Below are positions 49,489-58,956 of a DNA stretch of 64,000 nucleotides, one piece after another. The translations under genes and the position numbers were made by a program. Numbering within the stretch: position 1 is the first letter of the stretch; every line of letters starts with the position of its first letter. The notes beneath the pieces were generated by a model. That model was not told the origin of the DNA and did no database searches. It worked only from the letters and a program-made list of their open reading frames with translations. This DNA is from an uncultured Rhodospirillales bacterium (GTDB lineage Bacteria; Pseudomonadota; Alphaproteobacteria; Acetobacterales; Acetobacteraceae): assembly GCA_903843125.1 (NCBI GenBank), contig CAIMOR010000248.1, positions 220-64,219 of the forward strand, read 5' to 3'.

Positions 49489-49568
49489 GTGGTCTCCAGG
49501 CAGCTTGGGCCTCGTGGCCGCTCAGGGCCGCCACGTTCCGTACCCGTTGTGCGGGCCGTCCCGGCGGC

Positions 49569-50963
49569 TCAGAAAGCGCTGCGCAGCCGCAGGCCGAGCA
49601 CCGCAACCGGCCCGCGGTCGGCGTTGTAGGCGGGGTTGGCGATGATCTGCGCGTCCAGCGCCGCGTGCAGGCCGTAGCTGATGTGGCGGTCGTAGTAGGC
49701 CTCCATCACCAGTTCCGGCCGGTAGCGCAGCTGGCCGTCGCCGGTGATGAACCCGAAGCCGCCGGCCGCGAGGAAGCGTCGATGCGGCGCCGACAGCGTG
49801 CCGATATTGGCGGCGATGCCGGCGGTATCGCCGCTGTGCAGCGCCTCGGCGCCGCGGCCCCATAGCGAGCCGTCGAAGGCCAGGCCGGCCGAGGCGGCGC
49901 GGTCCATCTCGGTGTACATCCAGTTCTGGCTGCGGCCGTCATTCCAGGAGAGCCGGACGAAGCCGCCGATGCCCGGCGCCAGCTCCTGCTCGGCGTTCAG
50001 CGCGGCCATGCGCTTTTCGGCGTAGCGGCCCTGCGGCTGCACCAGCGTGGCGCCGATATCGCCGCCGACCAGGTCGTTCCAGGTGGAGGACCGGGTGCGC
50101 GAGAGACCACCGACCAGCCGCACCGCGCCGTCGCGGTCGCCGATGTGCCAGAAGCGGTCGAGTTGCAGGACGCCCTGGTGGCCCTGCATCGGCTGCGGGT
50201 CCAGCGCCAGCGAGTTCAGCCGGCGCGCCACCTGGAAGCCGCCGGCGCGAAGGCCCCAGCGGCCATCCTCCCATTCCAGCGCCAGGCCATTGGTGAAGCC
50301 CTTGGCGTCGTTGGCCCAGTCGAAGGCGCCGGCGCTGACGAAGGCCCAGTTCAGGAACTGGCTGCGAGGGTCGTGGGCGTAGCGGTTGTCGTCGAAGATA
50401 TCGAAGATCGAGAACTTGCCGAGGGTAATGGTCAGCCGCTCCCGGGCAATCGGCCCGGCGAAGCGCAGCGGGTCGCTCTCCTGCGCCACCGTGTCGACGC
50501 TCAGCCCGATGGTCTGGCGCACGAAGGCGCGGGGGACGAAGCCGGCCGGGGTCTCGCTGCCGATGCGGAAGGCCTCGCCGTTCGGGAAAGCCGCCACGCC
50601 GCGGGTGCCGGAGAGGCCGAAGCCGCGGATGACTTCCGGGTTCACGATCACCTCGGCGCCCTGCCAGAGCCGGCGGCCGAGGATCAGGTCGGCCGAGAAG
50701 GTGTTCCGCTGCATCGCCTTTGGCTGCAGGCTGCTCTCGCCGCGGTAGGGCGAAGCGAAGGCCGGGTGGCCCTGCTCAACAAAGGTGGCCTGGCCGTGCA
50801 GCAGCCAGCCTGCGGCCTCGCCCCGGCGGAGGGCTTCGTCCAGGCTGGGGAACAGGGCCTCGCCCGGCTCCCCCAGCGCCAGCCCGGCGCCACGGCCGCT
50901 GCCGCGTTGCGCCAGGGCCGGCGACGTCAGCAGCAGCAGGATCAGCAGGACGGCACGAAGCAT
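49569..50963 (-). CDS. OprB-family carbohydrate-selective porin
   Basis: Signal MLRAVLLILLLLTSPALAQ, QFLNWAFVSAGAFDWANDAKGFTNG, C-terminal aromatic residue (SAF). Confidence 0.8.
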   Translation of the reverse strand: MLRAVLLILLLLTSPALAQRGSGRGAGLALGEPGEALFPSLDEALRRGEAAGWLLHGQATFVEQGHPAFASPYRGESSLQPKAMQRNTFSADLILGRRLWQGAEVIVNPEVIRGFGLSGTRGVAAFPNGEAFRIGSETPAGFVPRAFVRQTIGLSVDTVAQESDPLRFAGPIARERLTITLGKFSIFDIFDDNRYAHDPRSQFLNWAFVSAGAFDWANDAKGFTNGLALEWEDGRWGLRAGGFQVARRLNSLALDPQPMQGHQGVLQLDRFWHIGDRDGAVRLVGGLSRTRSSTWNDLVGGDIGATLVQPQGRYAEKRMAALNAEQELAPGIGGFVRLSWNDGRSQNWMYTEMDRAASAGLAFDGSLWGRGAEALHSGDTAGIAANIGTLSAPHRRFLAAGGFGFITGDGQLRYRPELVMEAYYDRHISYGLHAALDAQIIANPAYNADRGPVAVLGLRLRSAF

Positions 50964-50984
50964 GCAGCCGTGTTAGCGCAAGTG

Positions 50985-52133
50985 TTATGTTATAACAATA
51001 CGTGGCTCCGCCAGCAGCACCGCCAGGGCCGCGACGCTCAGCCCAAGGCCGACACCGAACAGGGCCAGGTGGCTTTCCCCGGTGGCGGCGAACAGCTGCG
51101 CCAGGCCAAAGGCGACCGCGGCCTGGATGACCGCGAAGCAGGCGGTGGTTTGCGACCAGACCGCGCCCGCCGCCGGCCCGGCCCGCTCCCGCGCCAACGC
51201 CAGCACCACGGCGGTGACACCCATGGCGGCGAAGCCGGACAGGATGGCGGCCGGCACCAGCAGCCAGGGAGAGGGCGGCAGGCAGAGCGCCAGCGCCAGA
51301 ACCTGCAGCACCAGCCACAGCCGGTAGCTCCGCGTGGCACCCAGCCGGTCCGCCGCCGTGCCGCTGCACAGCGTGCCGATGATGCCGCCCAGGCCGAACA
51401 GCAGCCAGACGCCCGAGGCCCAGGCCAGCGGCAGGCCGCGGCCGCGTACCGCCAGGTCCGCCAGGTAGATCATCGGCGGCACCAGGCCGCCGCCGGACAG
51501 GCCATAGGCCAGGATCATGTATGCCGCGCGCGGAGGGGCCCGGCCCGGCACCGCGGCAGGGCCGACCGGCGCCGCGGGCCAGCGTGGATGGGCATAGGCC
51601 CAAAGGCAGAGCACCAGGCCCGCCAGGCCGAACCAGGCCACCGGCACCCCCAGCGGCACCAGCAGCGGCACCGCGACGGCCGCCAAGGACACCCCGGCGC
51701 CCACCCCGCCGATGACGATGCCGCCCGCCAGGCCGCGTCGCTCCGGCGCCACGCTGGCCTGGGTGGCCGGCCCGGCCAGGCCCATCAGCAGCCCGCCGGC
51801 CACGCCGGCCAGCAGCCGCCACGGCATGAACCACCACAAGCCCCCGCGAAAGCCGCAGAGCGCGAAGCACAGCACCACCAGCAGCAGCCCCAGGTCCAGG
51901 GTGCGGGCGGTGCCGATGGCCATGCCGACCCGCCGCGCCGCCAGCACGCCGATCAGGTAGCCGGCCAGGTTGGCGGCACCGAGCAGGCCGGCGCCGGCCC
52001 CATCCACCCAACCGGCGGCGACCATGGCCGGAAACAGCGGCACATAGGCGAACCGCGCCAGGCCGATGCCGGAACACGGGGCGCAGGCCGCTGCCAGGGC
52101 AGTGGGCCAGAACGGCGGGGCAGCATAACTCAT
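50985..52133 (-). CDS. YbfB/YjiJ-family MFS transporter
   Basis: GIGLARFAYVPLFPAMVAAGWVDGAGAGLLGAANLAGYLIG, as I recall for this family. 12 hydrophobic segments. Confidence 0.75.
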   Translation of the reverse strand: MSYAAPPFWPTALAAACAPCSGIGLARFAYVPLFPAMVAAGWVDGAGAGLLGAANLAGYLIGVLAARRVGMAIGTARTLDLGLLLVVLCFALCGFRGGLWWFMPWRLLAGVAGGLLMGLAGPATQASVAPERRGLAGGIVIGGVGAGVSLAAVAVPLLVPLGVPVAWFGLAGLVLCLWAYAHPRWPAAPVGPAAVPGRAPPRAAYMILAYGLSGGGLVPPMIYLADLAVRGRGLPLAWASGVWLLFGLGGIIGTLCSGTAADRLGATRSYRLWLVLQVLALALCLPPSPWLLVPAAILSGFAAMGVTAVVLALARERAGPAAGAVWSQTTACFAVIQAAVAFGLAQLFAATGESHLALFGVGLGLSVAALAVLLAEPRIVIT

Positions 52134-52393
52134 GCGACGTGCTTCGGCCGGTTGCGCCAGGGGGTCAAGGGCGGCGCCACGCCATGCCTGCCCCCCCCTG
52201 CGGCCGGGAACGCTCGGGGGCGCTGTGGCCTACTCAGCAGGGGGCAGCACCGGCGCGCGGAGCGCCGCGGCGTGACAGCGGCAAATATGGCCCAGCCGTA
52301 AGCGGGCTGGCCGCTTGCCGGTAAGCAATAAGGCTCTAAACAGGCACGTTCGGCGCTCCCGGCGGGGCAGCCGCGAAGGATCTCGGTCGTCTC

Positions 52394-55300
52394 ATGCGTG
52401 CACTCGTCACCTTCGCGCTGCAGAAGCGCGCCCTGGTCATCCTGCTGTTCGTGGCGTTCCTCGGCGTCGGCTTCTTCGGTTTCCAGCAGCTGAACATCGA
52501 GGCCTATCCGGACCCGGTGCCGCCGACGGTCGTGGTGATCACCCAGAATACCGGGCAGAGCGCCGAGGAGATCGAACGCTACATCACCGTGCCGATCGAG
52601 GTCGGCCTGGCCGGCATGCCGAACCTGTCGAAGATCCGCTCGACCAGCCTGTTCGGGCTTTCCGTGGTCTCGGTGCAGTTCACCTACGCGTTCAACTACG
52701 AGCAATCGCTGCAGCAGGTGCTGAACCGGCTGGGCCAGCTGAGCGGCCTGCCGACCGGGGTGCAACCGCAGATCAGTCCCTGGAGCCCGATCGGCGAGAT
52801 CTTGCGCTACCGGATCGTCGGCCCGCCTGGCTTCAACCTGACCGACCTGCGGGTGCTGCAGGACTGGGTGCTGCAGCGCCGCTTCAAGCGGGTGCCGGGC
52901 GTGATCGACGTGACCGCCTATGGCGGCCCGACCAAGTCCTACAACGTCATCATCGACCTGCCCAAGCTGATCGCCTTCGGGCTGGGCGTGCCGGACGTGA
53001 TGAGCGCGATCGGCAACGGCGATGCGACGGTCGGCGCCGGCATTGTCAATGTCGGGCCGCAGTCCGCGGTGGTGCAGGGGGTCGGGTTGATCCGCAGCCT
53101 GGACGACATCCGCAACGTGGTGCTGACCGCCAGCAACGGCGTGCCGGTGCTGCTCTCGGACGTGGCGCGGGTGGAGGTTGCCAACCTGCCGCGGCTCGGC
53201 ATCGCCGGGCAGGACCGCGAGGACGACATCGTCATGGGCGTCGTGCTGATGCGACGCAACGAACAGACCCTGCCGACCATCACCGCGGTGCGCCAGGAGG
53301 TCGAGATCATCAACGCCGGCGGCGTACTGCCGCCGGGTGTCCGCATCGTGCCGATCTACGACCGCAAGGAGCTGGTGGATGTCACCACCCACCACGTGGT
53401 CAAGAACATTATCATGGGCATCCTGCTGGTGGTGTTCATCCAGTGGTTGTTCCTGGGCGACCTGAAGGGCGCCATCGTGGTTGGCGCCACCATTCCCTTC
53501 GCCTTCTTCACCGCCGTGGTGGTGATGCTGTTGCGGGGCGAGAGCGCCAACCTGCTGAGCCTCGGCTCGCTCGACTTCGGCCTGCTGGTGGATGCCACCG
53601 TCATCATGGTCGAGAACGTCTACCGCCACCTGCACATGCGCCATTCCGGGCTGAACTCGCCACCGGCGGCGACGCGCGGGCTTTCCGGCGTGCCACTGAT
53701 CGTGCAGCGCGCCTCGGGCGAGGTCTCGACCGCGATCTTCTTCTCGGCGCTGATCATCGTCGCTGCCTTCATCCCGCTGTTCACCATGGGCGGCATCGAG
53801 GGCCGCATCTTCGGGCCGATGGCCAAGACCTATGCCTATGCCATCGGCGGCGCGCTGTTCGCCACCTTCACGGTGGCGCCGGCGCTGGCAGGGGCGCTGT
53901 TCAGCGACCACACCAAGGAAAAGATCATGCCGATGGTGCGGTACATGGGCGTTGCTCACCAGTACCTTTACAGCAAGGCCATCCACAACCGCTGGTCGAC
54001 CATCGGCGTTTCCGGCGTGCTGCTGCTGCTGGCGGTGCTGCAGTTCGGCAAGCTGGGCGGCGAGTTCCTGCCGACCCTGGAGGAAGGCAGCATATGGATG
54101 CGCGCGACGATGCCGGCGACGATCTCGCTGGAGGAAGGCAACGGCTACGTCAACCGGATGCGCAGCGCGCTGCTGGAGTTCCCCGAGGTCACCACCGTAA
54201 CCAGCCAGCAGGGCCGGCCGGATGACGGCACCGACAGCGCCGGCTTCTTCAACGCCGAGTTCTTCGTGCCGCTGAAGCCGATGGACCAATGGACCACGGC
54301 GCACACCAAGGACGAGCTGGTGGCGCTGATCCAGGCCCGCCTGCAGCGCGAATTCCTCGGCGTGGACTTCAACTTCAGCCAGTACATCTCGGACAACGTG
54401 CAGGAGGCGGCTTCGGGGGTGAAGGGCGCCAACGCGCTGAAGGTGATCGGGCCGGAGTTGGACGTTCTGACCCGGCTGGCCGAGCAGGTTCGCCGCGAGA
54501 TGGAGCAGGTTGAGGGCATCGCCGACCTGGCGGCGTTCCGCACCCTGGGCCAGCCGACGCTGTCGATCCGCATCGACCGGGCCAAGGCCGCACGCTACGG
54601 GCTGCAGGTGGCCGACATCAACAGCGTGATCCAGACCGCCATCGGCGGGCAGGAGGCGGCGCGGTTGTATGAGGAGGGCGGCGACCGCAACTTCCCGATC
54701 AGCGTGCGGCTCGATGCCCCCTACCGGATCGGGCGGGACGCGATCGCGCGCATCCCGATCAACGGCACCTCCGGCGCGACGCTCGGCGATGTCGCGGATA
54801 TCCGGCTGATCACCGGCGCCAGCTACATCTACCGCGAGGATGCCAGCCGCTACGTGCCGGTGAAGTTCTCGGTCCGCGGGCGCGACCAGCAGAGCGCGGT
54901 GCAGGAGGCCGAGGATCGCGTCATCGCCAACGTGCCGCTGCCGCCCGGCTATCGGCTGGAATGGGTCGGGGAGTTCCGCAACCTCAAGGACGCCATCGCC
55001 CGGCTGAAAGTGGTGGTGCCGATCGCGCTCGCCCTGATCGCGGTGCTGCTCTACGTGCAGTTCTCCTCGTTGCGCGACACGCTGCTGATCTTCGGGCTGC
55101 TGCCGCTGTCCTGCGTCGGCGGCGTCACGGCGCTGGACCTGATGGATCTGCACTTCTCGGTGCCGGCGGCCATCGGCTTCCTGGCGCTGTTCGGCATCAC
55201 GGTGATGGAGGGCATCATCCTGTTGTCCCACTTCCATCACTTGAAGGATGGCGGCATGGCCTGGCGCCAGGCGCTGGACCAGGCCGGCATCGACCGTATG

Positions 55301-55528
55301 CGGCCGGTGATGATGACCTGCCTGGCCGCCATGGTCGGCCTGCTGCCGGCGGCGATGGCCAGCGGCATCGGCAGCGACCTGCAGAAGCCGCTGGCGGTGG
55401 TGGTGGTGGGCGGCACCATCATCCTGCCGTTCTTCATCCTCGTGGTGTTCCCGGCGATGATCGACCTGTTCGGCCGTACCGCGGACAGCCACGCGCCGAT
55501 GCCGGGCGGGGCCGCCCACCGGGCCTGA
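52394..55528 (+). CDS. CusA/CzcA-family heavy-metal efflux RND transporter
   Basis: 1044 aa. IEAYPDPVPPTVVVITQNTGQSAEEIERYITVPIE and 12-TM RND architecture. Confidence 0.9.
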   Translation: MRALVTFALQKRALVILLFVAFLGVGFFGFQQLNIEAYPDPVPPTVVVITQNTGQSAEEIERYITVPIEVGLAGMPNLSKIRSTSLFGLSVVSVQFTYAFNYEQSLQQVLNRLGQLSGLPTGVQPQISPWSPIGEILRYRIVGPPGFNLTDLRVLQDWVLQRRFKRVPGVIDVTAYGGPTKSYNVIIDLPKLIAFGLGVPDVMSAIGNGDATVGAGIVNVGPQSAVVQGVGLIRSLDDIRNVVLTASNGVPVLLSDVARVEVANLPRLGIAGQDREDDIVMGVVLMRRNEQTLPTITAVRQEVEIINAGGVLPPGVRIVPIYDRKELVDVTTHHVVKNIIMGILLVVFIQWLFLGDLKGAIVVGATIPFAFFTAVVVMLLRGESANLLSLGSLDFGLLVDATVIMVENVYRHLHMRHSGLNSPPAATRGLSGVPLIVQRASGEVSTAIFFSALIIVAAFIPLFTMGGIEGRIFGPMAKTYAYAIGGALFATFTVAPALAGALFSDHTKEKIMPMVRYMGVAHQYLYSKAIHNRWSTIGVSGVLLLLAVLQFGKLGGEFLPTLEEGSIWMRATMPATISLEEGNGYVNRMRSALLEFPEVTTVTSQQGRPDDGTDSAGFFNAEFFVPLKPMDQWTTAHTKDELVALIQARLQREFLGVDFNFSQYISDNVQEAASGVKGANALKVIGPELDVLTRLAEQVRREMEQVEGIADLAAFRTLGQPTLSIRIDRAKAARYGLQVADINSVIQTAIGGQEAARLYEEGGDRNFPISVRLDAPYRIGRDAIARIPINGTSGATLGDVADIRLITGASYIYREDASRYVPVKFSVRGRDQQSAVQEAEDRVIANVPLPPGYRLEWVGEFRNLKDAIARLKVVVPIALALIAVLLYVQFSSLRDTLLIFGLLPLSCVGGVTALDLMDLHFSVPAAIGFLALFGITVMEGIILLSHFHHLKDGGMAWRQALDQAGIDRMRPVMMTCLAAMVGLLPAAMASGIGSDLQKPLAVVVVGGTIILPFFILVVFPAMIDLFGRTADSHAPMPGGAAHRA

Positions 55529-55620
55529 AGGCCGCTTGGCGGCCCCGGCTTGGTCCGCCTGGCCGCTGCCCCTTGCCGGGGCGGCGACCAAGGGCCAGCT
55601 TTGCACGCCTGGGCGGCCGG

Positions 55621-55634
55621 CTTGCAACTGCAAG
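55621..55634. promoter_or_regulatory. inverted repeat CTTGCA-AC-TGCAAG upstream of feoA (candidate operator)
   Basis: Perfect 6+6 inverted repeat 41 nt upstream of the feoA ATG. Its function is inferred from position only. Confidence 0.25.
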
Positions 55635-55674
55635 CCATTCGCATTAACATCCGGGGCAGCCCCGGAGGGGCCTC

Positions 55675-55986
55675 ATGTCTGCCAGCACCGATTGCCTGCG
55701 GCCGACGGCCGCGCCGACGACCGAACCGACCTCTCCCACCGCCCTGGGTGCGGCGCCGCTGGGCTTCCGCGGCCGGATTCGGGCGGTGAACCCCATCGCC
55801 GGCAGCCTGCCGCCCGAGGAACTGGAGCGCCGTCTGGTGGAACTCGGCTTCGTTGAGGGCGCCATGGTGGAGTTGCTGCACCAGGGACTGTTCGGCGCCG
55901 ACCCCATCGCCGTCCGGGTGGATGGCGTGACCATTGCGCTGCGCCGGCGCGAAGCCGCCGCCGTGCTGGTCGAGGCGGCCGACTGA
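55675..55986 (+). CDS. feoA: FeoA-family protein
   Basis: GFRGRIRAV, RRLVELGFVEGAMVELL, PIAVRVDGVTIALRRREAAAV. Directly precedes feoB. Confidence 0.85.
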   Translation: MSASTDCLRPTAAPTTEPTSPTALGAAPLGFRGRIRAVNPIAGSLPPEELERRLVELGFVEGAMVELLHQGLFGADPIAVRVDGVTIALRRREAAAVLVEAAD

Positions 55987-55987
55987 G

Positions 55988-57874
55988 ATGAACGAGATGC
56001 TGCCGTTGGGGCGTGACCTGCGGGTGGCGCTGGTGGGCCGACCGAATTGCGGCAAGACCGCGCTGTTCAACGCGCTGACCGGCAGCCGACAGAAGGTGGC
56101 GAACTACCCCGGCGTGACCGTGGAACGGAAGGAAGGCGCGCTGGCGACCCCGGCCGGGCGCGCGGTGAAGCTGCTGGACCTGCCCGGCACCTATTCGCTG
56201 CGCGCGCGCAGCCCGGATGAGGTGGTGACGCGGGACGCGGTACTCGGCCGGTTGGCCGGCGAGGTGCCGCCCGACCTGTTCGTCTGCGTCGGCGACGCCA
56301 CCAACCTGCGGCTCTGCCTGCGCCTGGTGCTGGAGATCAAGCGCACCGGCCAGCCGATGGTCTTCGCGCTGAACATGTTCGACATCGCCCGCCACCGCGG
56401 CATGAGCATCGATGTCGAGCGGCTGGAGGCGGAGCTTGGGGTGCCGGTGGTGACCTCGGTGGCGGTACGGCGCGGCGGCACGGCGGCGTTGCTGGACAAG
56501 ATCGACGAAGCACTGGCCGCCCCGCATTCGCCACACGTGGCGGAGGGCTGGAGCGAGCCGGATGCCGCCGGCGTGCGCCGCTTGCAGAAGGAAGCCGACC
56601 GCATTTTGCGCGCCAGCGTGCAGCACCCGGAGGCGCCGGATACGGTCACGGCCCGGCTGGACAAGGTGCTGCTGCACCCGGTGGCGGGGCTGGCGATACT
56701 GCTGGCGGTGCTTTTCCTGATGTTCCAGGCAGTATTCACCTGGGCGGCGCCGGCCATGGAGTTGATCAAGGCCGGCTTCGACGCGCTGGGGCTGTGGGTC
56801 GGCACCCTGCTGCCGGACGGGCTGCTGCTGAGCTTCATCCAGAATGGGCTGATCGCCGGCGTGGGCAGCGTGCTGGTATTCCTGCCGCAGATTTTGGTGC
56901 TGTTCCTGTTCATCCTGCTGCTGGAAGACTTCGGCTACATGAGCCGGGCGGCCTTCCTGATGGACAAGATCATGGGCGGCGCCGGGCTGCATGGGCGGGC
57001 CTTCATCCCGCTGCTGTCCTCCTTCGCCTGCGCCATTCCCGGCATCATGAGCACGCGGGTGATCGACAGCCGGCGGGACCGCTTGGCGACGATACTGGTG
57101 GCGCCGCTGATGACCTGTTCGGCGCGGATACCGGTGTACACGCTGATCATCGGCGCCTTCATCCCGGACCGCACCGTGGGTGGCCTGTTCAGCCTGCAGG
57201 GGCTGGTGATGTTCGGGCTGTATGCCGCCGGCATCGCTTCGGCGCTGGGGGTTTCCTTCCTGCTGAAGAAGTTCCTGTTCCAGGGGGCGCCGCCGGAGCC
57301 CTTCATGCTGGAACTGCCGGACTACAAGCGGCCGGATGCGCGCAACGTGCTGATGGGGCTGTACCAGCGCGGCGTCATCTTCGTGAAGCGGGCGGGCACC
57401 ACCATCCTGGCGATGATGTGTGTGATCTGGGTGCTGGCTTCGGTGCCGCGGCCGCCCGAGGGCGCCACCGAGCCGGCGATCGAGTACAGCCTGGCGGCCG
57501 CCATTGGCCATGCGATGGAGCCGGTGATCAAGCCGATCGGGTTCAACTGGCAGATCGGCGTGGCGCTGATCCCAGGGATGGCGGCGCGGGAAGTGGCGGT
57601 GGCCTCGCTCGGCACCGTCTACGCCATCGAGAATGCCGAGGAGGCGCCGGAGACGCTGGGCGCGGCGTTGGCGGGGAAGTGGAGCCTGGCAACCGCGCTG
57701 GCCTTGCTCGCCTGGTACGTGTTTGCACCGCAATGCGCCTCCACGCTTGTGGTGGTGCGCAAGGAAACCGGCAGCCTTGCCTGGATGTGGTTCCTGTTCG
57801 GCTACATGCTGGCGCTGGCCTATGCGGCGGCCTTTGCAACCTATCAGCTGGCGGTGCTGGCCGGGCTAGGCTGA
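55988..57874 (+). CDS. feoB: ferrous iron transporter FeoB
   Basis: G-domain VALVGRPNCGKTALFNALTG, NYPGVTVE, DLPGTYSL, then a polytopic permease. The 3' end overlaps the convergent ecsC-like gene by 9 nt. Confidence 0.9.
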   Translation: MNEMLPLGRDLRVALVGRPNCGKTALFNALTGSRQKVANYPGVTVERKEGALATPAGRAVKLLDLPGTYSLRARSPDEVVTRDAVLGRLAGEVPPDLFVCVGDATNLRLCLRLVLEIKRTGQPMVFALNMFDIARHRGMSIDVERLEAELGVPVVTSVAVRRGGTAALLDKIDEALAAPHSPHVAEGWSEPDAAGVRRLQKEADRILRASVQHPEAPDTVTARLDKVLLHPVAGLAILLAVLFLMFQAVFTWAAPAMELIKAGFDALGLWVGTLLPDGLLLSFIQNGLIAGVGSVLVFLPQILVLFLFILLLEDFGYMSRAAFLMDKIMGGAGLHGRAFIPLLSSFACAIPGIMSTRVIDSRRDRLATILVAPLMTCSARIPVYTLIIGAFIPDRTVGGLFSLQGLVMFGLYAAGIASALGVSFLLKKFLFQGAPPEPFMLELPDYKRPDARNVLMGLYQRGVIFVKRAGTTILAMMCVIWVLASVPRPPEGATEPAIEYSLAAAIGHAMEPVIKPIGFNWQIGVALIPGMAAREVAVASLGTVYAIENAEEAPETLGAALAGKWSLATALALLAWYVFAPQCASTLVVVRKETGSLAWMWFLFGYMLALAYAAAFATYQLAVLAGLG

Positions 57875-58654
57875 GGGCCAGTTCGCGCGCACCAGCGCGG
57901 CACCGTAGGTGCGTTCCAGGCGGCGCACGGTGAAGTGGGCCTGGGCGATGCCTCGAAAATGCTCCAGGAAAGCCAGGTTCACGGCGGCACCGGCTGCCGC
58001 TCCCACCACCGGCATGGCCTGGGCCGAGAGCTTCACCGCCACCGGCGCGCCGAAGCGGGCAGCTACTGCGCCGAGGAAACCCGGCAGCATCCCCAGCAAG
58101 TTGCGGCCGACCGCGCCCTTCAGGGTTTCCGCCAGTGCCAGGCGCACGGCGAAGTAGCCGGCCTCGGCCTCATCGTCGGCCGGGCCGTCGCCCCCCAGGG
58201 CGAAGACCTTCAGGCACTCGGCCTGGGCGGCGGGATCGGCCAAGTCCTCACCCTGTTCGGCGGCGATGGCGGCGATCTGGCGCAGCAACAGCGTGGTGGA
58301 AACTGGCAGTTCCACCAGCGTGCCAGGCAGGCCGAAGGCGCCGCCAGCCATGCCGGAGGCCGCCATCAAGCCACGATGCAGCCAGCGCGAGGGCAGCGGC
58401 GTGGGGTTGGCGCCGGGGTCCAGCCGCAGCGCAGTGCGCATGGCGCTTTCCAGCGCCCGCTGCACCGCGCTGTCGAGACCGCGTTCCAAGGGCCCGGGAA
58501 GGGCACGCTTCAGCGCTTCGACCGATTGCCCGACCATGCTGGCCAGGCGGACTGCGAAGGAGGAATGCTCCAGCACACGGGCGGCAGCGTGAAGTTCGGC
58601 AAGGTCTGCCGGCGCCATTGCGGTGGGCGGTGGGGGCGTGGTGGTCAGGCTCAT
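57866..58654 (-). CDS. EcsC-family protein
   Basis: ATG at 58654 (MSLTTTPPPP). LLLRQIAAIAAEQGEDL, GYFAVRLALAE and AFLEHFRGIAQAHFTVRRLE resemble EcsC as I recall it. Confidence 0.6.
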   Translation of the reverse strand: MSLTTTPPPPTAMAPADLAELHAAARVLEHSSFAVRLASMVGQSVEALKRALPGPLERGLDSAVQRALESAMRTALRLDPGANPTPLPSRWLHRGLMAASGMAGGAFGLPGTLVELPVSTTLLLRQIAAIAAEQGEDLADPAAQAECLKVFALGGDGPADDEAEAGYFAVRLALAETLKGAVGRNLLGMLPGFLGAVAARFGAPVAVKLSAQAMPVVGAAAGAAVNLAFLEHFRGIAQAHFTVRRLERTYGAALVRANWPSA

Positions 58655-58953
58655 GCGTGCTTCGCGGGTTCGCCGCACAAGCGCGCGGCGATGAGGTCGG
58701 AAAGCCAAGCAGCGAAGCCGAGGACGGCGTCGTTGGCGACCGGCTGGAAGGCGATGACGTGCAACGGTTGCAACCTTCATGATGATCCCGCGGGCGGCGA
58801 AGGCGGCGCGCTTGTTGCCGTCGACGAACGGGTGGTTAAGGACAATTCCGAAGCCACATACGGCTGGGCGCAATGAGGTGCGCCAACCCGGCAGTCACCA
58901 TGCGCTCAGCCGATCCTGGGCGGCCGGCCAGCGTGGCTGCCACCGATGCGCTC
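58651..58953 (-). pseudogene. decayed Fic/Doc-family toxin gene remnant
   Basis: One frame reads LRPAVCGFGIVLNHPFVDGNKRAAFAA (Doc-type Fic motif HPFxDGNKR, about 58809-58836). A second frame continues QPLHVIAFQPVANDAVLGFAAWLSDLIAARL and stops at 58651-58653. In-frame stops and frame changes lie upstream, and the motif sits only ~14 codons from the first possible start. Confidence 0.45.
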
Positions 58954-58956
58954 CAC

